The position numbers and the translations under genes are program-made. DNA of 63,769 nucleotides, counting the filler, from Octopus bimaculoides (taxonomy: Eukaryota): the NCBI RefSeq assembly GCF_001194135.2. It is 5 parts of 5 records of this genome, joined end to end, with 100 filler letters (N's around TTAATTAATTAA, not from the genome) between each part and the next. Parts side by side here need not be neighbours in the genome. Positions count along the whole stretch, not along the records: positions 19,007 to 39,271 come from NC_069000.1; 4 more parts are not named here. One strand, given 5' to 3'. Below the pieces are notes generated by a model. That model did not search any database, had not been told where the DNA came from, and was given only the letters and a program-made list of their open reading frames with translations. Shown in pieces: positions 22,912-36,228 of the stretch. Each line of letters opens with the position of its first letter. The first letter of the stretch is position 1.

Positions 22912-24258
22912 CTACAGAGAAACAGAAAAAGGAAAAAAAAACAGAGAGGAAAAAGCACAATAAATTTTCTCTTAGAGTATGTTTAAATAAATAAAGATAA
23001 CTATCTATATACGATACGTGGTGTATATACACCGTTGAGAGGCAAGATACTGCTATTTTAGTCCGAGATAAACATCTTGTCTCCGGGGAGAGACGAAAAA
23101 TTGTGCCGACAGAGGTAAATGAGAACACCAGATGAATTTCAGCCTTCTTGGGCCTTGTCAATCACCTGAACTCGCAGCCACTTGCCTTGACAAGATTTGT
23201 CATCACCGATATATAAGAAAGAGTGCACAATACATTCAATATTGCGAATAGCCGCTGGGCTGAATAAAAAATATGTTGCCCACAAAGCTGCATTAAATTA
23301 AAATAGTCCGCTATCGGACGAAAATCGTAGTATTGTGCCTGCCAGCTGTGTATATACATTAAATATGATGCATAGAAGGTTATTTTAATTTAATACTGCT
23401 TATGTACACCGGAGATAAAGATATTGAAGTTCTGTTAATGATCCTTGAATATGAGATCAAATTTTGCCACAGAAGCTACGTTGTCTTGTCGATAAGTCAC
23501 TGAATGCGAGACGCTAACCTTTCGAGTTGTCATCCTGGAACCCTTATCTTCTGTAAAAGATGCAAGCCGATAGAGACTTGCATCTTCTAATGACGTTCCA
23601 CCTGTTAGAAATAGCAGTCAAGTCTCCCTTCAATCACACTCTACTGACTTGAAACAAAAATAGAAAGGAGACCCTGGATAACGTACATTATCATCAGTAG
23701 TGGTTCTTGTTACACCGAGGACAGGGGTGTTTACCGCTGGTTACAATTTTGATCCTAGTTATGCTTGATCAGGGTTAACCTGGGATTAAACATCTTCTGA
23801 CATTGTGATAAGAGCTTGTTTATTCTTGTTTCGGAAGTCCTGGGTACAGCGTTTTACGTCAGAGCAAACCAATAAAAATGAATAACAAAATAGGCAAAAA
23901 GACACAGTATTATGGATAACGATTTAAGCTCCGCATGAATCGAATCTGTTAAGTGGGTTCTATTGGCAGTTAAAAAGCAATTTTGCTTCGTCTACACCGT
24001 TAATGATGCTAGAAAAATCAAACTAACAAACAAACAAGAACTCATTATGTGTAACAGAATAACTGAGGAGATAATAGGTTGTATGTTCAAAATTGCCTTG
24101 TCGTATTTACCGAAAGAAATTTATAAATATCTACTTGCGAATGAAGCCATTTTAAATGCTTGATAAAGAGAGGTGAGACAGTGTCCATTATTATCGCAGT
24201 ATACGTTTATCTTGAATATTTGTAAGCTAACGTCTTCAGGGAAAAAAATAAAGAAGAG

Positions 24259-24289
<31 letters not shown>

Positions 24290-24737
24290 CGCAGGCTGGA
24301 ATGGAATTCCATGAGATTGGAGAGAAAGTTTGAATAAAAAATTATGGTGCTAAAGAATTTAAAAGAAATGTATGTTTGAGGATTCTATTTCCTATGATAG
24401 GTACTGTTACTTCGGTGACTTTAGCTGAGGACATGAGAGCCGTTTGTCGATACCTTCTTCAAGTAGACACGGCTACATGGAGGACGACGTCACTTAGATA
24501 CTACTAGATGTATTATTTCGTACATGATAAAGTCATTATATATAACAAAAGCATTATTAGATTAAAATAGCCATCTGTGTATCATACTGCGATATTCGTT
24601 AGCAGATAATATCTCTTATGGACGTACTGTGTTAAATAACACAAATATACATCAGTAGCAGGCGGAAATTGTCCAGCAGTAGTGATAAATGTAATATTAC
24701 ACTATATAGTGTATTGATAAAAACAAATAATTATTAC

Positions 24738-27390
24738 CGTGGTATGGTTTCTCGGTCCAGTCGTTGCTTTATGTGTATCTCTCCGCTGAACGCATCTATA
24801 GAGAAGTAATTTCTCGAAGGAAAGCTTTCAAATAACTTGTATTGTACTTGGTTGTTACCAGATTTAAAGGAATCGGCATCGCTTGAATGTAATTTGAATA
24901 TGACTGTGTCTTGTGCAACATCTTCAATAACTGTCACAGACTGTTCACTTAGAGGAAACGCAGGTGCATTATCATTGACGTCTATCACTGCTATTTTGAC
25001 TAAACATGTAGCACTCAGTGACGGGAATCCTTCGTCTCGAACCTCCACTGTTAAAAAATACAATTGTTTCTGTTCGTAATCTAAAGTTGAATTCAGGTAA
25101 AGCTTTCCATCCAGAGGATCTATTCCGAAGTCATGTGTATTGTCTACAATAGTGTAGTTGATTTTTCCAAACGATCCAGAGTCCATGTCTCGAGCTGTGA
25201 TTTGGTCAATGTAGATACCAAGTGGACTATTCTCTCTAACTTCGAAACTAAAAGAATTTTGAGTGAATATCGGTGGGTTATCATTTTCATTCAAAATTGT
25301 TACTGAGAGTATTAAGGTGCTGGAGAACGGAGTATCATCAGACTCTGCTTGATCAGTGGCTTTCACGACAAGGTTGAATATGTCAGGCATTGTTTCAAAG
25401 TCCAGTTTAGACACAAGACTAATTTCACCAGACTTTTGGTCTAGTTCGAACGCAGATATAGGTGCGTTTAATGGCGTAGAAGAAATGATAGAAAAATTCA
25501 AAACACCGTTTAAACTCCCGTCTTTATCACTTACATTGACCTTACAGACAATCGTTCCAACCGGAACGGTTTCCCTCAACACCAAACTCGAGTTCTTTTC
25601 TAAAAACGCTGGTGAGAATTCATTTCGGGGTATCACTTCGATATTAACGTGACAAAAGGAAGATAACGGTTCGCTGCCTCTATCACTAGCTTTTATTTTC
25701 AACCGAAAAAACGGTTTTGTTTCATAATCGAGGTTTCTGTGGAGCAGAAGATGGGAGTTGATTATAGAAAATATATTTTTCTCATTACCTTCTACGATAG
25801 CTAGAGTAGTTTTTCCTCTTAGGCCAGTATCTTCATCTTGAACTTGAAACGTCAGAAGTTTACTGCCGGGTTTGGCATTTTCATTTACTTTTAAAAGGAA
25901 ACTGTTTTGGCTAAATTGCGGATAATTATCATTAACATCCATAACAGAAACGATCAAAGTCGTTGTTGACGTCAATGGAACTCCAATGTCATGAATACAG
26001 TCTCTGGCGATAATTGTCAAGTTGAATATGGCTTTCGTCTCCCGGTCTAAATACCTGATCAGAGACAGCGAGCCTGATTTAGAATCAATATAGAAGTTTC
26101 CATATTGATCTCCTGCTTCGATCGACAGGCTCACAAGACCGTGATCCTCTCCGACATCAGCGTCTTTAACGTTAACTTTTAGCAAACTAATTCCAAGAGG
26201 CACATTTTCTTCGACACTTACCCTTCGCACGAAAAACGGTGAGAAAGTTGGAGCGTTGTCGTTAACAGGACGGACTTCTATTGTTATCAAGACTTTCGTC
26301 AAAAGCCTGGGTACGCCATTATCGCTGACATTGACTCTCAGTATATGTATTTTGGCTCTTTCGTAGTCAAGAGCTTTTACAAGCTGCACCAACCCTGTTT
26401 TTTCATCAATGCGAAACATTTCTGCCTCGTTTGCATTTTCTATTCTGTAAGATAGTTCCGGTGACGAGGGATCTTTATCTTGACAGTTAAGTTGACTTAT
26501 ATCCAACGGAAACGGTGTAGTTTCCAGGAGTGAAAACAAAAATGGAGGGAAACATTGGGGATAGTTGTCATTCACATCGGTAACAACCACACTGACATCA
26601 ACTGTTTGAGAGAGCGGTTGACGCGGACTATTATCGCTGGCTTCCACCTGAAGTATGTACAGAGATTTTGTGTCTCTGTCAAGTCGGCTGTTTAGTTGTA
26701 TAATACCAGTCTTTCGGTCGATGATGAACACTGAATTTTGGGTTGTCGACAGGGAATATAAGACGGAAGTCGATGTCACATCCTCATCTATAGCGGTCAC
26801 TTGGAAAACTGTTGATCCTATTGCACTGTCTTCTGATATCGATACCTTGTAAGGGCCTGGTGGCTGGAACTGTGGTGGAGTCTCATTGATATCGGAGATA
26901 GAAATGTCTACTCTGACTTCCGATTTATAAAACCCATCGGAAGCTTCAATTCCGAGTAAAAGAGATTGATTTCTTTCGGCATCTAAATTCTTTTTCACTG
27001 TTATCATTCCCGTTTGGCCATCAATGGCAAATGAGTTTTCGTGGTTGCCAGAGATGATTTTGTAAGAAACAATAGCATTCGACCCACTGTCTTCATCGTT
27101 GCATTCAACATTGGTAACAACAGAAGCCAGAGGCTTGTTTTCGGCCAAAATTACCTTAATATACGAGGAAGTACAAATGGGTGCATTGTCGTTGATATCA
27201 AGGACAGTAAAGGTCACGTGACAGAGAGTCTTCAAAGGCGGGAAACCTTTATCGGAGGCTTGTATTAATAAGTCGTATGATGATATATCTTCTCGGTCCA
27301 AACCTATCAGAAGTCGCAATTCGCCGCTCACAGAATCAAGCATGAATTGGTTTTTAATATTTCCGGATAATATACTATAGAAAATAGAAC
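24738..27390 (-). CDS. Cadherin exon H (2653 nt, phase 1-2): GSIFYSILSG...LDRETIP
   Basis: Acceptor ttgcag|GT and donor CCACG|gtaata; about 8.5 tandem EC repeats in one open frame. Confidence 0.97.
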
Positions 27391-27566
27391 CTGCAAATAT
27401 ATTTATTTAAACTGTTAATTATATCCATGCTTTTCTTATGTAATAGCGCTTATGTATTTAACTTCACAAAAATGATGATGATGATGATGATGATGATACC
27501 GACTAATTCAATAGCAATATAATACTGTTACTTTATTTTATCGACTTCTTTTCTAATTGTTGTTGC

Positions 27567-27633
<67 letters not shown>

Positions 27634-28240
27634 TTCTTCCTTTCGGGGTCGATAAATTAAGTACCCGTCAAGTACTGGGGTTGATGTGATCGATTGTCCC
27701 CCTCCCCACAAAAGTGAAAGACCGAAACAAGTGAAAAGCAACNNNNNNNNNNNNNNNNNNNNNNNNNNNNNNNNNNNNNNNNNNNNNNNNNNNNNNNNNN
27801 NNNNNNNNNNNNNNNNNNNNNNNNNNNNNNNNNNNNNNNNNNNNNNNNNNNNNNNNNNNNNNNNNNNNNNNNNNNNNNNNNNNNNNNNNNNNNNNNNNNN
27901 NNNNNNNNNNNNNNNNNNNNNNNNNNNNNNNNNNNNNNNNNNNNNNNNNNNNNNNNNNNNNNNNNNNNNNNNNNNNNNNNNNNNNNNNNNNNNNNNNNNN
28001 NNNNNNNNNNNNNNNNNNNNNNNNNNNNNNNNNNNNNNNNNNNNNNNNNNNNNNNNNNNNNNNNNNNNNNNNNNNNNNNNNNNNNNNNNNNNNNNNNNNN
28101 NNNNNNNNNNNNNNNNNNNNNNNNNNNNNNNNNNNNNNNNNNNNNNNNNNNNNNNNNNNNNNNNNNNNNNNNNNNNNNNNNNNNNNNNNNNNNNNNNNNN
28201 NNNNNNNNNNNNNNNNNNNNNNNNNNNNNNNNNNNNNNNN

Positions 28241-28624
28241 TTGGACGTTTATATCGATCCCAGTGTTCAACTGGCACTGATTTTATCGATTCTGAGAGGA
28301 TCGAAAGGCGACGAGCTGGTAGAAACGTTAGCAACGCCGGGCAGAATGCTTACCGGTGTTTCGTCTGCCGTTACGTTCTGAGTTCAAATTCCACCGAGGT
28401 CGACTTTGCCTTTCATTCTTTCGGGGTCGATAAATTAAGTACCAGTTACGTACTGGCGTCGATCTAATCGACTGGCCTCCTCCCCCAAAATTCCGGGCCT
28501 TGTGCCGAGAGTAGAAAAAAAAAAGTCGAACCCGGCCAAATTTCGATTCAGAACGTAACGAGCTGGAAGAAATGTCGCTTAGCATTTTGTCCGGCACGCC
28601 AGCGATTCTGTCACCTTGTCGCCT
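28241..28624. mobile_element. Nested SINE family B: a plus-strand copy (28307-28524) inserted into a minus-strand copy
   Basis: The minus copy is split at consensus GTCGACTT|GCCTTTC; its halves lie at 28624-28525 and 28306-28241. Confidence 0.75.
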
Positions 28625-29226
28625 TCGTTAGGTTTCACACAATAACACTTTCTAACACCAGTTCAAGCCCATACATTTTGCTGGGATGTATAATCGATTA
28701 TATCAACCCCAGTATTTAACCAAAATATAGAAGTATTTAACCAGATTAGGAAGGGAGCTATTAACACTTGTATTCTTAGACACGAATGCGGAGTAATTTA
28801 GGGGTGAAAATACAGGCGGTACTCCATCGGTTGCGACGACAAGTGTTCCAGTTGATGCGATCAACGAACAGCCTGCTCATGAAATTAATGTGCAAGTGGC
28901 TGAGCACTCCGCAGACACGTGTGCCCTTAGCGTAGTTTTCAGGGAGATTCAGCGTGATTCAGAGAGTGACACAGAGTGTGGCAAGGCTGGCCTTTTGAGG
29001 TACAGGTACTGCTCATTTTTGCCACCTACGTCTGCGTTGTGTTCTTGAGCAAAACACTTCTGTTCACGTTGCTCCAATCCACTTAGCAGCTACCACAAAT
29101 GAGAATCTTACAACAGACCGACGTCCCCGTCCAATGGGATAAATATAGACATCACAGAATCCGAGAAACCGGTCTTATGAGCCTATGGCTCGGGAAGGAC
29201 CTTTCATTCTTTTATATACGTATATA

Positions 29227-29648
29227 CGCAGGTGTGGCTATGTGGTAAGAAGTTTGCTTCCCAACTACATTGTTGTAGGTTGAGTCCCACTGCATAACCC
29301 CTTGAGTAAGTGTCTTCTACTATAGCCTCGAGCCGACCAAAGCCTTGTGAGTAGATTTGGTAGACGGAATCTGAAAGAAGCCCGTCATATCTATCTATCT
29401 ATCTCTCTCTCTCTATATATATGTGTATGTGCGCGCGCGCGCGAGTGTTTGTCCTCCCAACTGCTTGACAACCGGTGTTGGTATGTTTACAGCCCCGTAA
29501 CTTAGCAGTTCAGGAAAAGAATTCGATAAAATAAGTACCAGGCTTAAAAAAGTCAGTGGTGGAGTCGATTTGTTCGACTACAATACTTCAAGGCGTTGAC
29601 CCCAGTATGACCTCAGTCTATTGACTGAAACAAGTAAAAGATAAAAGA
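29227..29648 (+). mobile_element. SINE family A, full length, in intron G-H
   Basis: Homologous to 16176-16608. Confidence 0.9.
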
Positions 29649-29760
29649 TATATATATATATATATATATGAAAGATATATATTTTAAGAAAATTGTTTTG
29701 CTGTATCTTAATAATGGATTAATTTGAATTAGTTCAATCAAGAAAACAATTAGTAGATAC

Positions 29761-30406
29761 CTTCGATTCTAATTTGTAAAACCAAATCTACTGACAATGG
29801 TGACGAACCCTTGTCAGACACTTGAATGGACAGCTCATAAGATGACACGGATTCTCGATCAAGGGAGGTAACAGTACTCAGCAAACCGCTACTGGAATTC
29901 ATTGAAAACGCCATTCTTTCGTTTCCGCTGGTAATTGCATACGTTAAGACATTGTTCTTCTTAGCTGGGTCTTTATCATTATCAGAGCACACTAAATGAA
30001 GCACTTCCGTTCCTACTGGTTCATCCTCTCGAATTTGAACGAAATAATGTTCCTGCTGACACGAAGGCCTGTTATCATTCACGTCATTGACATGAATGCT
30101 TAAGGTCAGCGTTGTACTGAAAGCCGACGGATCTTGGCCTTCATCAATAGCGATAACTTCCAATTGATAAAATTCTCTCTCTTCTCTATCCAGTTCGTTT
30201 TGAATAATTATTTCTCCAGACTTACTAGCAATGGTGAATTTCGCAAAGTCTTTTACCAATCTGTAATGTATTTGGCCATCTTTGCCTTTATCTGGATCTA
30301 TGGCGTTCACAACTGTTAACTGGCTACCAGCAGTGCAATTCTCGTCGACAGTTAACGTCCGGGCGCGATTGAGAATAACCGGAGCATGTTCATTTAATGG
30401 CTGAAT
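29761..30406 (-). CDS. Cadherin exon G (646 nt, phase 0-1): IQPLNEHAPVI...LQIRIE
   Basis: Acceptor tttcag|ATT and donor GAAG|gtatct; two EC repeats. Confidence 0.95.
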
Positions 30407-30676
30407 CTGAAAGTAACAAAACACAAAAAAATAATAGCATTAATTGTCAAATAACTGTTGAGCTTCAATGAGTCACAGCATGGCCGCAAGCTGGAGGCTG
30501 CTACGAGTGAAGGAATACATTTACCCACAATGCCATTCTTTAATCGATATCAGCACCCGCGGGAAAGGAAAAGAAAGTAACTTCTCTTCATCTGATTGCT
30601 TTTCTTCCCGTTCTTTCTATCTTCCTCCCCTTATCTCTCTGTAATATATGTATGCACACACACACACTCATTTATT

Positions 30677-30731
<55 letters not shown>

Positions 30732-31223
30732 NNNNNNNNNNNNNNNNNNNNNNNNNNNNNNNNNNNNNNNNNNNNNNNNNNNNNNNNNNNNNNNNNNNNN
30801 NNNNNNNNNNNNNNNNNNNNNNNNNNNNNNNNNNNNNNNNNNNNNNNNNNNNNNNNNNNNNNNNNNNNNNNNNNNNNNNNNNNNNNNNNNNNNNNNNNNN
30901 NNNNNNNNNNNNNNNNNNNNNNNNNNNNNNNNNNNNNNNNNNNNNNNNNNNNNNNNNNNNNNNNNNNNNNNNNNNNNNNNNNNNNNNNNNNNNNNNNNNN
31001 NNNNNNNNNNNNNNNNNNNNNNNNNNNNNNNNNNNNNNNNNNNNNNNNNNNNNNNNNNNNNNNNNNNNNNNNNNNNNNNNNNNNNNNNNNNNNNNNNNNN
31101 NNNNNNNNNNNNNNNNNNNNNNNNNNNNNNNNNNNNNNNNNNNNNNNNNNNNNNNNNNNNNNNNNNNNNNNNNNNNNNNNNNNNNNNNNNNNNNNNNNNN
31201 NNNNNNNNNNNNNNNNNNTACAT

Positions 31224-31257
<34 letters not shown>

Positions 31258-31513
31258 ATGTATGTATGCATGTATGTATGTATGCATGTATAGATGATAT
31301 TTCCGATATACAACCTCATGTGTGTGTGTGTGAAAATATGGAGTGTTGAGTGTTGAGTGTTACAGAAATTGGAGACGGAATAGTATCTTTGCCATTCCAT
31401 GGGATCACAATACGATGAAATGTTTATAACATTTACGTTTGAATTAATTCAAAAATTAATTCGTTTAAATAATTTTAGTAATCTATATCAGTTTAAAAAA
31501 AGAGGTGACTTAC

Positions 31514-32853
31514 TTGAAATATTACAGTTGTCTCAGACGACAGACCTCCAGTGTCTGTGGCTTTTACTTTAAACACTCGTGACGTATTTTGTTCGTAGTC
31601 AGCTCCTTCCAACGACGTCAGTATTATGTTGCAATTGCCTGAGCTATCTCTGGAAGCACGGAAAAAGTTTTTTGTGTCACCGATCACAGTAAAATTTGCG
31701 ATAGCATTTTCACTTGAATCGTTGTCGGAAACTGTTAAAGTGACTAAAACACTGTCAATGGGGGTATCCTCTCTGATAGTTTTAGTGTAGAGATTTTGTG
31801 AAAACACCGGTGGCGAATCATTAATATCTGTGAGTATTACTGTTAGAGTAATTTCTGATGTACGAGGCTTGGGGTTCTGACCACTGTCTACAGCTTTTAA
31901 AGGAAGTAAATAAATGTTCTTGGTTTCAAAGTCTAGATTTGATTTTACTTCCAAGTCGCCAGTAATCGAATCAAGTTGAAATTTCTCGCTCGTTTGTGTT
32001 AAGTGATAAGTAATGCAATCTTTAATGTCCACATCACTGGCAGAAATCCTACTAATAACCGTACCAATGGATACCGACTCAGGTATTGTTATAGTCGTAT
32101 TGAAATCCTCAAAAACCGGTGCAGCTTCATTGATATCGATTATCTGTACACTGATTATGATTATTGTATCTTTCGGTGGGATGCCGCCATCTTGAACTGC
32201 TATATGTATGAGTATTTTTTCAGATTTTTCAAAATCTAGGGAAGTGATTAATTTCAAATTTCCGCTATTATCAACAGCAAACGGTCCGTTATTCATAACC
32301 CCATTGACACTCATGATGGAAAAAGAAATCTCACCAAACCTACCTGAGTCGCTATCATTACAAGACAGAGAAACAAACGATGAACCAATCTGTTGGTTTT
32401 CCGGAACACTCACAGATATAAAATTTTCCAAACACTTCGGCCCTTCTTCATTTACATTTTCTACGTTAATAACCACTTTTGTTGTTGCAGATTTCGCTAC
32501 CGTTCCTTTGTCAATTGCTGTAACATTCAAAATAAACTGTGGAGTTTTTTCAAAATCTAAACTATGTTTTAATTTTAGTTGTCCAGTTGTTCTTTCTAAA
32601 CTAAATAACTGGTGGCTGGGCATGGTATAAATAAGCTGTCCATCATTACCTTTATCTTCATCAGTTGCTGATACCTGAAGTAAAATGCTTCCAATAGTTA
32701 CCGTTTCTTGTACAACCACAGAGTACGCCTGGTTTTGAAAAACGGGTGGAAATTCGTTCACGGGTCTAATTTGAACAATAACTACAGCGGTGCTAGACAA
32801 AGCACCATCTCCACCGAACAAGTCCGTAGCTTCTGTTGTGAGTATATAACTAT
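31514..32853 (-). CDS. Cadherin exon F (at least 1340 nt; its 5' end lies in gap 32854-33374)
   Basis: Open frame runs up to the N gap (SYILTTEATDLFGG...); about 4.5 EC repeats; donor CAA|gtaagt (phase 0). Confidence 0.95.
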
Positions 32854-33417
32854 NNNNNNNNNNNNNNNNNNNNNNNNNNNNNNNNNNNNNNNNNNNNNNN
32901 NNNNNNNNNNNNNNNNNNNNNNNNNNNNNNNNNNNNNNNNNNNNNNNNNNNNNNNNNNNNNNNNNNNNNNNNNNNNNNNNNNNNNNNNNNNNNNNNNNNN
33001 NNNNNNNNNNNNNNNNNNNNNNNNNNNNNNNNNNNNNNNNNNNNNNNNNNNNNNNNNNNNNNNNNNNNNNNNNNNNNNNNNNNNNNNNNNNNNNNNNNNN
33101 NNNNNNNNNNNNNNNNNNNNNNNNNNNNNNNNNNNNNNNNNNNNNNNNNNNNNNNNNNNNNNNNNNNNNNNNNNNNNNNNNNNNNNNNNNNNNNNNNNNN
33201 NNNNNNNNNNNNNNNNNNNNNNNNNNNNNNNNNNNNNNNNNNNNNNNNNNNNNNNNNNNNNNNNNNNNNNNNNNNNNNNNNNNNNNNNNNNNNNNNNNNN
33301 NNNNNNNNNNNNNNNNNNNNNNNNNNNNNNNNNNNNNNNNNNNNNNNNNNNNNNNNNNNNNNNNNNNNNNNNNNCTGTAGGTTTTGGAATTTATTCCCTA
33401 ATATTATTATTATTATT

Positions 33418-33962
33418 GAGTGAGAGAGCAGTCCATGCCATCAAAGTGACACTGGGGTAAAATATACGAAGCCCATTATACCCATCGTGACTACCCGTCT
33501 GATAAGGGTACACCAGGCACATGCGCATCACAACCATGTGTGCACGACATGGTGATCTCATATCAAGATAAACAGTACATGACCTCGCAGGTGGGGCCCA
33601 GTTAGAATTTTCTTCAGGTCGAGTAGCCCATCCCAGTTAAAAAGTCCCTGAATAAGGTTTGTTTAAGGATGTTGAGCAAAACACCCGTTTCCAAAGGTGA
33701 ATCATTCAAACCCCAAAGAATTCCTCTCAACACATGGCTATGATGCTCCCCCACTACTTCTGTTAATGATCAGAGATGCACATATCGTCAGCCACCAAGG
33801 GACATGCTCAACTGGTTAAGGTCAAACAACTGACAAGCAAATCTGTGGTATTAAGCAGAATATTTGCAGTAGCCCATCTTTTATACCAAGACAAAACAAT
33901 ATACACGCTAACACTTCCAATCAATTAAGATCAGAAACCATGAGAGCCACTGCCTGGTACTG
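33418..33962. repeat. Unclassified dispersed repeat
   Basis: 33700-33880 is homologous, in inverted orientation, to about 15860-16045. Confidence 0.6.
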
Positions 33963-33974
33963 CAAACACGCACA

Positions 33975-34050
<76 letters not shown>

Positions 34051-34205
34051 TACGTATAAATATATATATACCCAACAGGTATATATACTGGCTCAAATTG
34101 GAGAAATGCAGAATATATGACTTATTGAACCGCCATACTGAATACAACAATAACTTAGCCGTAAATAAGAAAAGGAAAAAAGAAAAGAAAAAGATTTACA
34201 CATAC

Positions 34206-34309
34206 CTACAATTGAATAGGTTATGATAGCATTCGATCCGGTGTCGTTGTCATAAGCACGTACATCTACGACTTTGGTACCCAAAGAATCAACTTCGGAA
34301 ACTGTGGCA
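34206..34309 (-). CDS. Cadherin exon E (104 nt, phase 2-1): SATVSEVDSLGTKVVDVRAYDNDTGSNAIITYSIVG
   Basis: Acceptor ttttcag|T and donor GTAG|gtatgt; AxDxD motif; phases fit exon D. Confidence 0.93.
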
Positions 34310-34925
34310 CTGAAAAAACACTAAAAGGTTATTTATTATATATAATACTACATGTGATTTAGAGAGAAGAGAAATGTGAATATGTGGGCATTAATGCATT
34401 TCTGAAGAGTATATAGTGATGTATAAGACGACGAGTTGGAGCTGGTGGAAATGTTAGCACGGTGGACAAAATGCTTAGCTACATTTTTCTCCGGCTCTTT
34501 ACGTTCTGACATCAGAAAAACTTGAATACACTCAGAATTCAAGAAATGGCACATAAGTGAGTATTCTCACTAGAAGGAAATATTTAAATGGTGTGAGAGA
34601 TGTTTAAGAGGCAAAGAATTTGATAAGTATTATAATCGTATGATGTTGAAAATAAGGCCTAAAATTAGAGATTAGAATTGTCAATGCTTAAAAAGGCTTT
34701 ACATTGCAAAGGTCAAGGGGAAAAGCTATCAGACAAGAGCTACAATAAAGCTTTAATTCATATGCCAGCACTAAATAGGATGTCTTCAAAATTAAGATTT
34801 ACGAAAGTCTAAAAGAAGTATTGCAGATTATAAGATCGCAAAGAGTGGTTTGACGATAATAATAAATGTATGCATTTGAAAATAAATAGGCGAAGACTGT
34901 GGAGATAAGTTACAAGCGTTTTTAC

Positions 34926-35247
34926 CTGTATGATGCTGGGTTAAAATATGGCGGATTGTCGTTAATATCTGTCACAATTACTGTTATGTCACAAACTGTC
35001 CTAAGAGACTCGTCTACGGCTTCCACTTGAAAATTATATTTCTCAATGTTTTCTCTATCCAAGACTGAATCCACAAAAATAGTGCCCGACTGTTTGTCAA
35101 TGTGAAAAGGTAACTTATCCCCTGATTTCACAATGGAGTACTTGATTATATCGTTCCCTATATTCGGATGGTCCCTATCCGTTGCGCTGATTTTGATTAG
35201 CTGATGCCCAATGCTGGTCCCTTCAGGGAATCGTACAGTGTAATGAT
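34926..35247 (-). CDS. Cadherin exon D (322 nt, phase 1-2): NHYTVRFPEG...DINDNPPYFNPASY
   Basis: Acceptor tttcag|AT and donor TACAG|gtaaaa; one full EC repeat. Confidence 0.95.
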
Positions 35248-35284
35248 CTGAAATACGAAGCAAATCATTAGTAAAGGAATAGTG

Positions 35285-35323
<39 letters not shown>

Positions 35324-35372
35324 TATAAAGCTTTGGTTTATTACGATTGTGGAACACACACACACACATGTG

Positions 35373-35625
35373 GACGTAAACAAAGCAACGTCGGTTGTCA
35401 AACGGTGAAGTGGGGACAAACATAAACACACACACACACACACACACTCACCCCCCACACACGATGGGCCTCCACGCAGTTTCCGTCAATCAAAGTCGCT
35501 CACAAGGAATTGGTCGGCCTTGCGCTGTTGTAGAAGACACTTGCTCTAGGTGCCACGCATTGGAACTGAACTCGAAACCACATGGCTGCAAAGCGAGCTT
35601 CTTAACCACACAATCATGCTTGCGC
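35373..35625 (-). mobile_element. SINE family A, 3'-truncated, in intron C-D
   Basis: Homologous head and body. Confidence 0.85.
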
Positions 35626-35734
35626 TTATATCTTAGGAATCATTGTCATTATTGTCATCATCATCATCATCATCATCATTACAAACATGACAAATTAATA
35701 TACATATTCTTTTAAATAAATAAAATATATTTAC

Positions 35735-36175
35735 TCTGGGCGAAAACAGGCGGGAATTTGTTAACAGCCGTCACTTTAACATATCCTGTTATCTTCAGTT
35801 CGTGCACAGAATCACTCACCGTAACGTACAAATGGTATCCGTGTGGATTTTTGGCCAAATCAAAATCGGATTTCAGTACTAGGATTTGTCGTTTCATATC
35901 GAAAACATTTGGCTCGCTCGATGTTACTGAATAAGTCAAACTAAGGTTACCCTTCTCATCAAGGTCCTCACAAAAAAATGCTTGAAGAGGGGTATTGAGC
36001 TTTTGGTCCTCGGTCAAAGTTAAGCTAAATGCCGATGGTTGACATGAAGGGGCATTGTCGTTGACATCTGCAACAACTATAGTTAGGGCGGCCATTGCAC
36101 TGTTCTGTATCTTGCTCTTTTCAACTGCTTTGATTAGCAATACGTATGAAGCTTGCTTCTCTCTATCCAAGTTTC
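35735..36175 (-). CDS. Cadherin exon C (441 nt, phase 1-1): GNLDREKQ...VNKFPPVFAQ
   Basis: Acceptor atttag|GA and donor CAGA|gtaaat; LDRE and DVNDNAP motifs. Confidence 0.93.
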
Positions 36176-36178
36176 CTA

Positions 36179-36228
<50 letters not shown>

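Noticed and set aside
27390-29761. Direct G-to-H splice as the true structure
   Set aside because: In frame, but it would delete half an EC; a hidden exon in gap 27743-28240 is more parsimonious.
20521-32630. Plus-strand ORFs antisense to cadherin exons (e.g. 20521, 25356, 32208)
   Set aside because: Shadow frames of the real minus-strand CDS.
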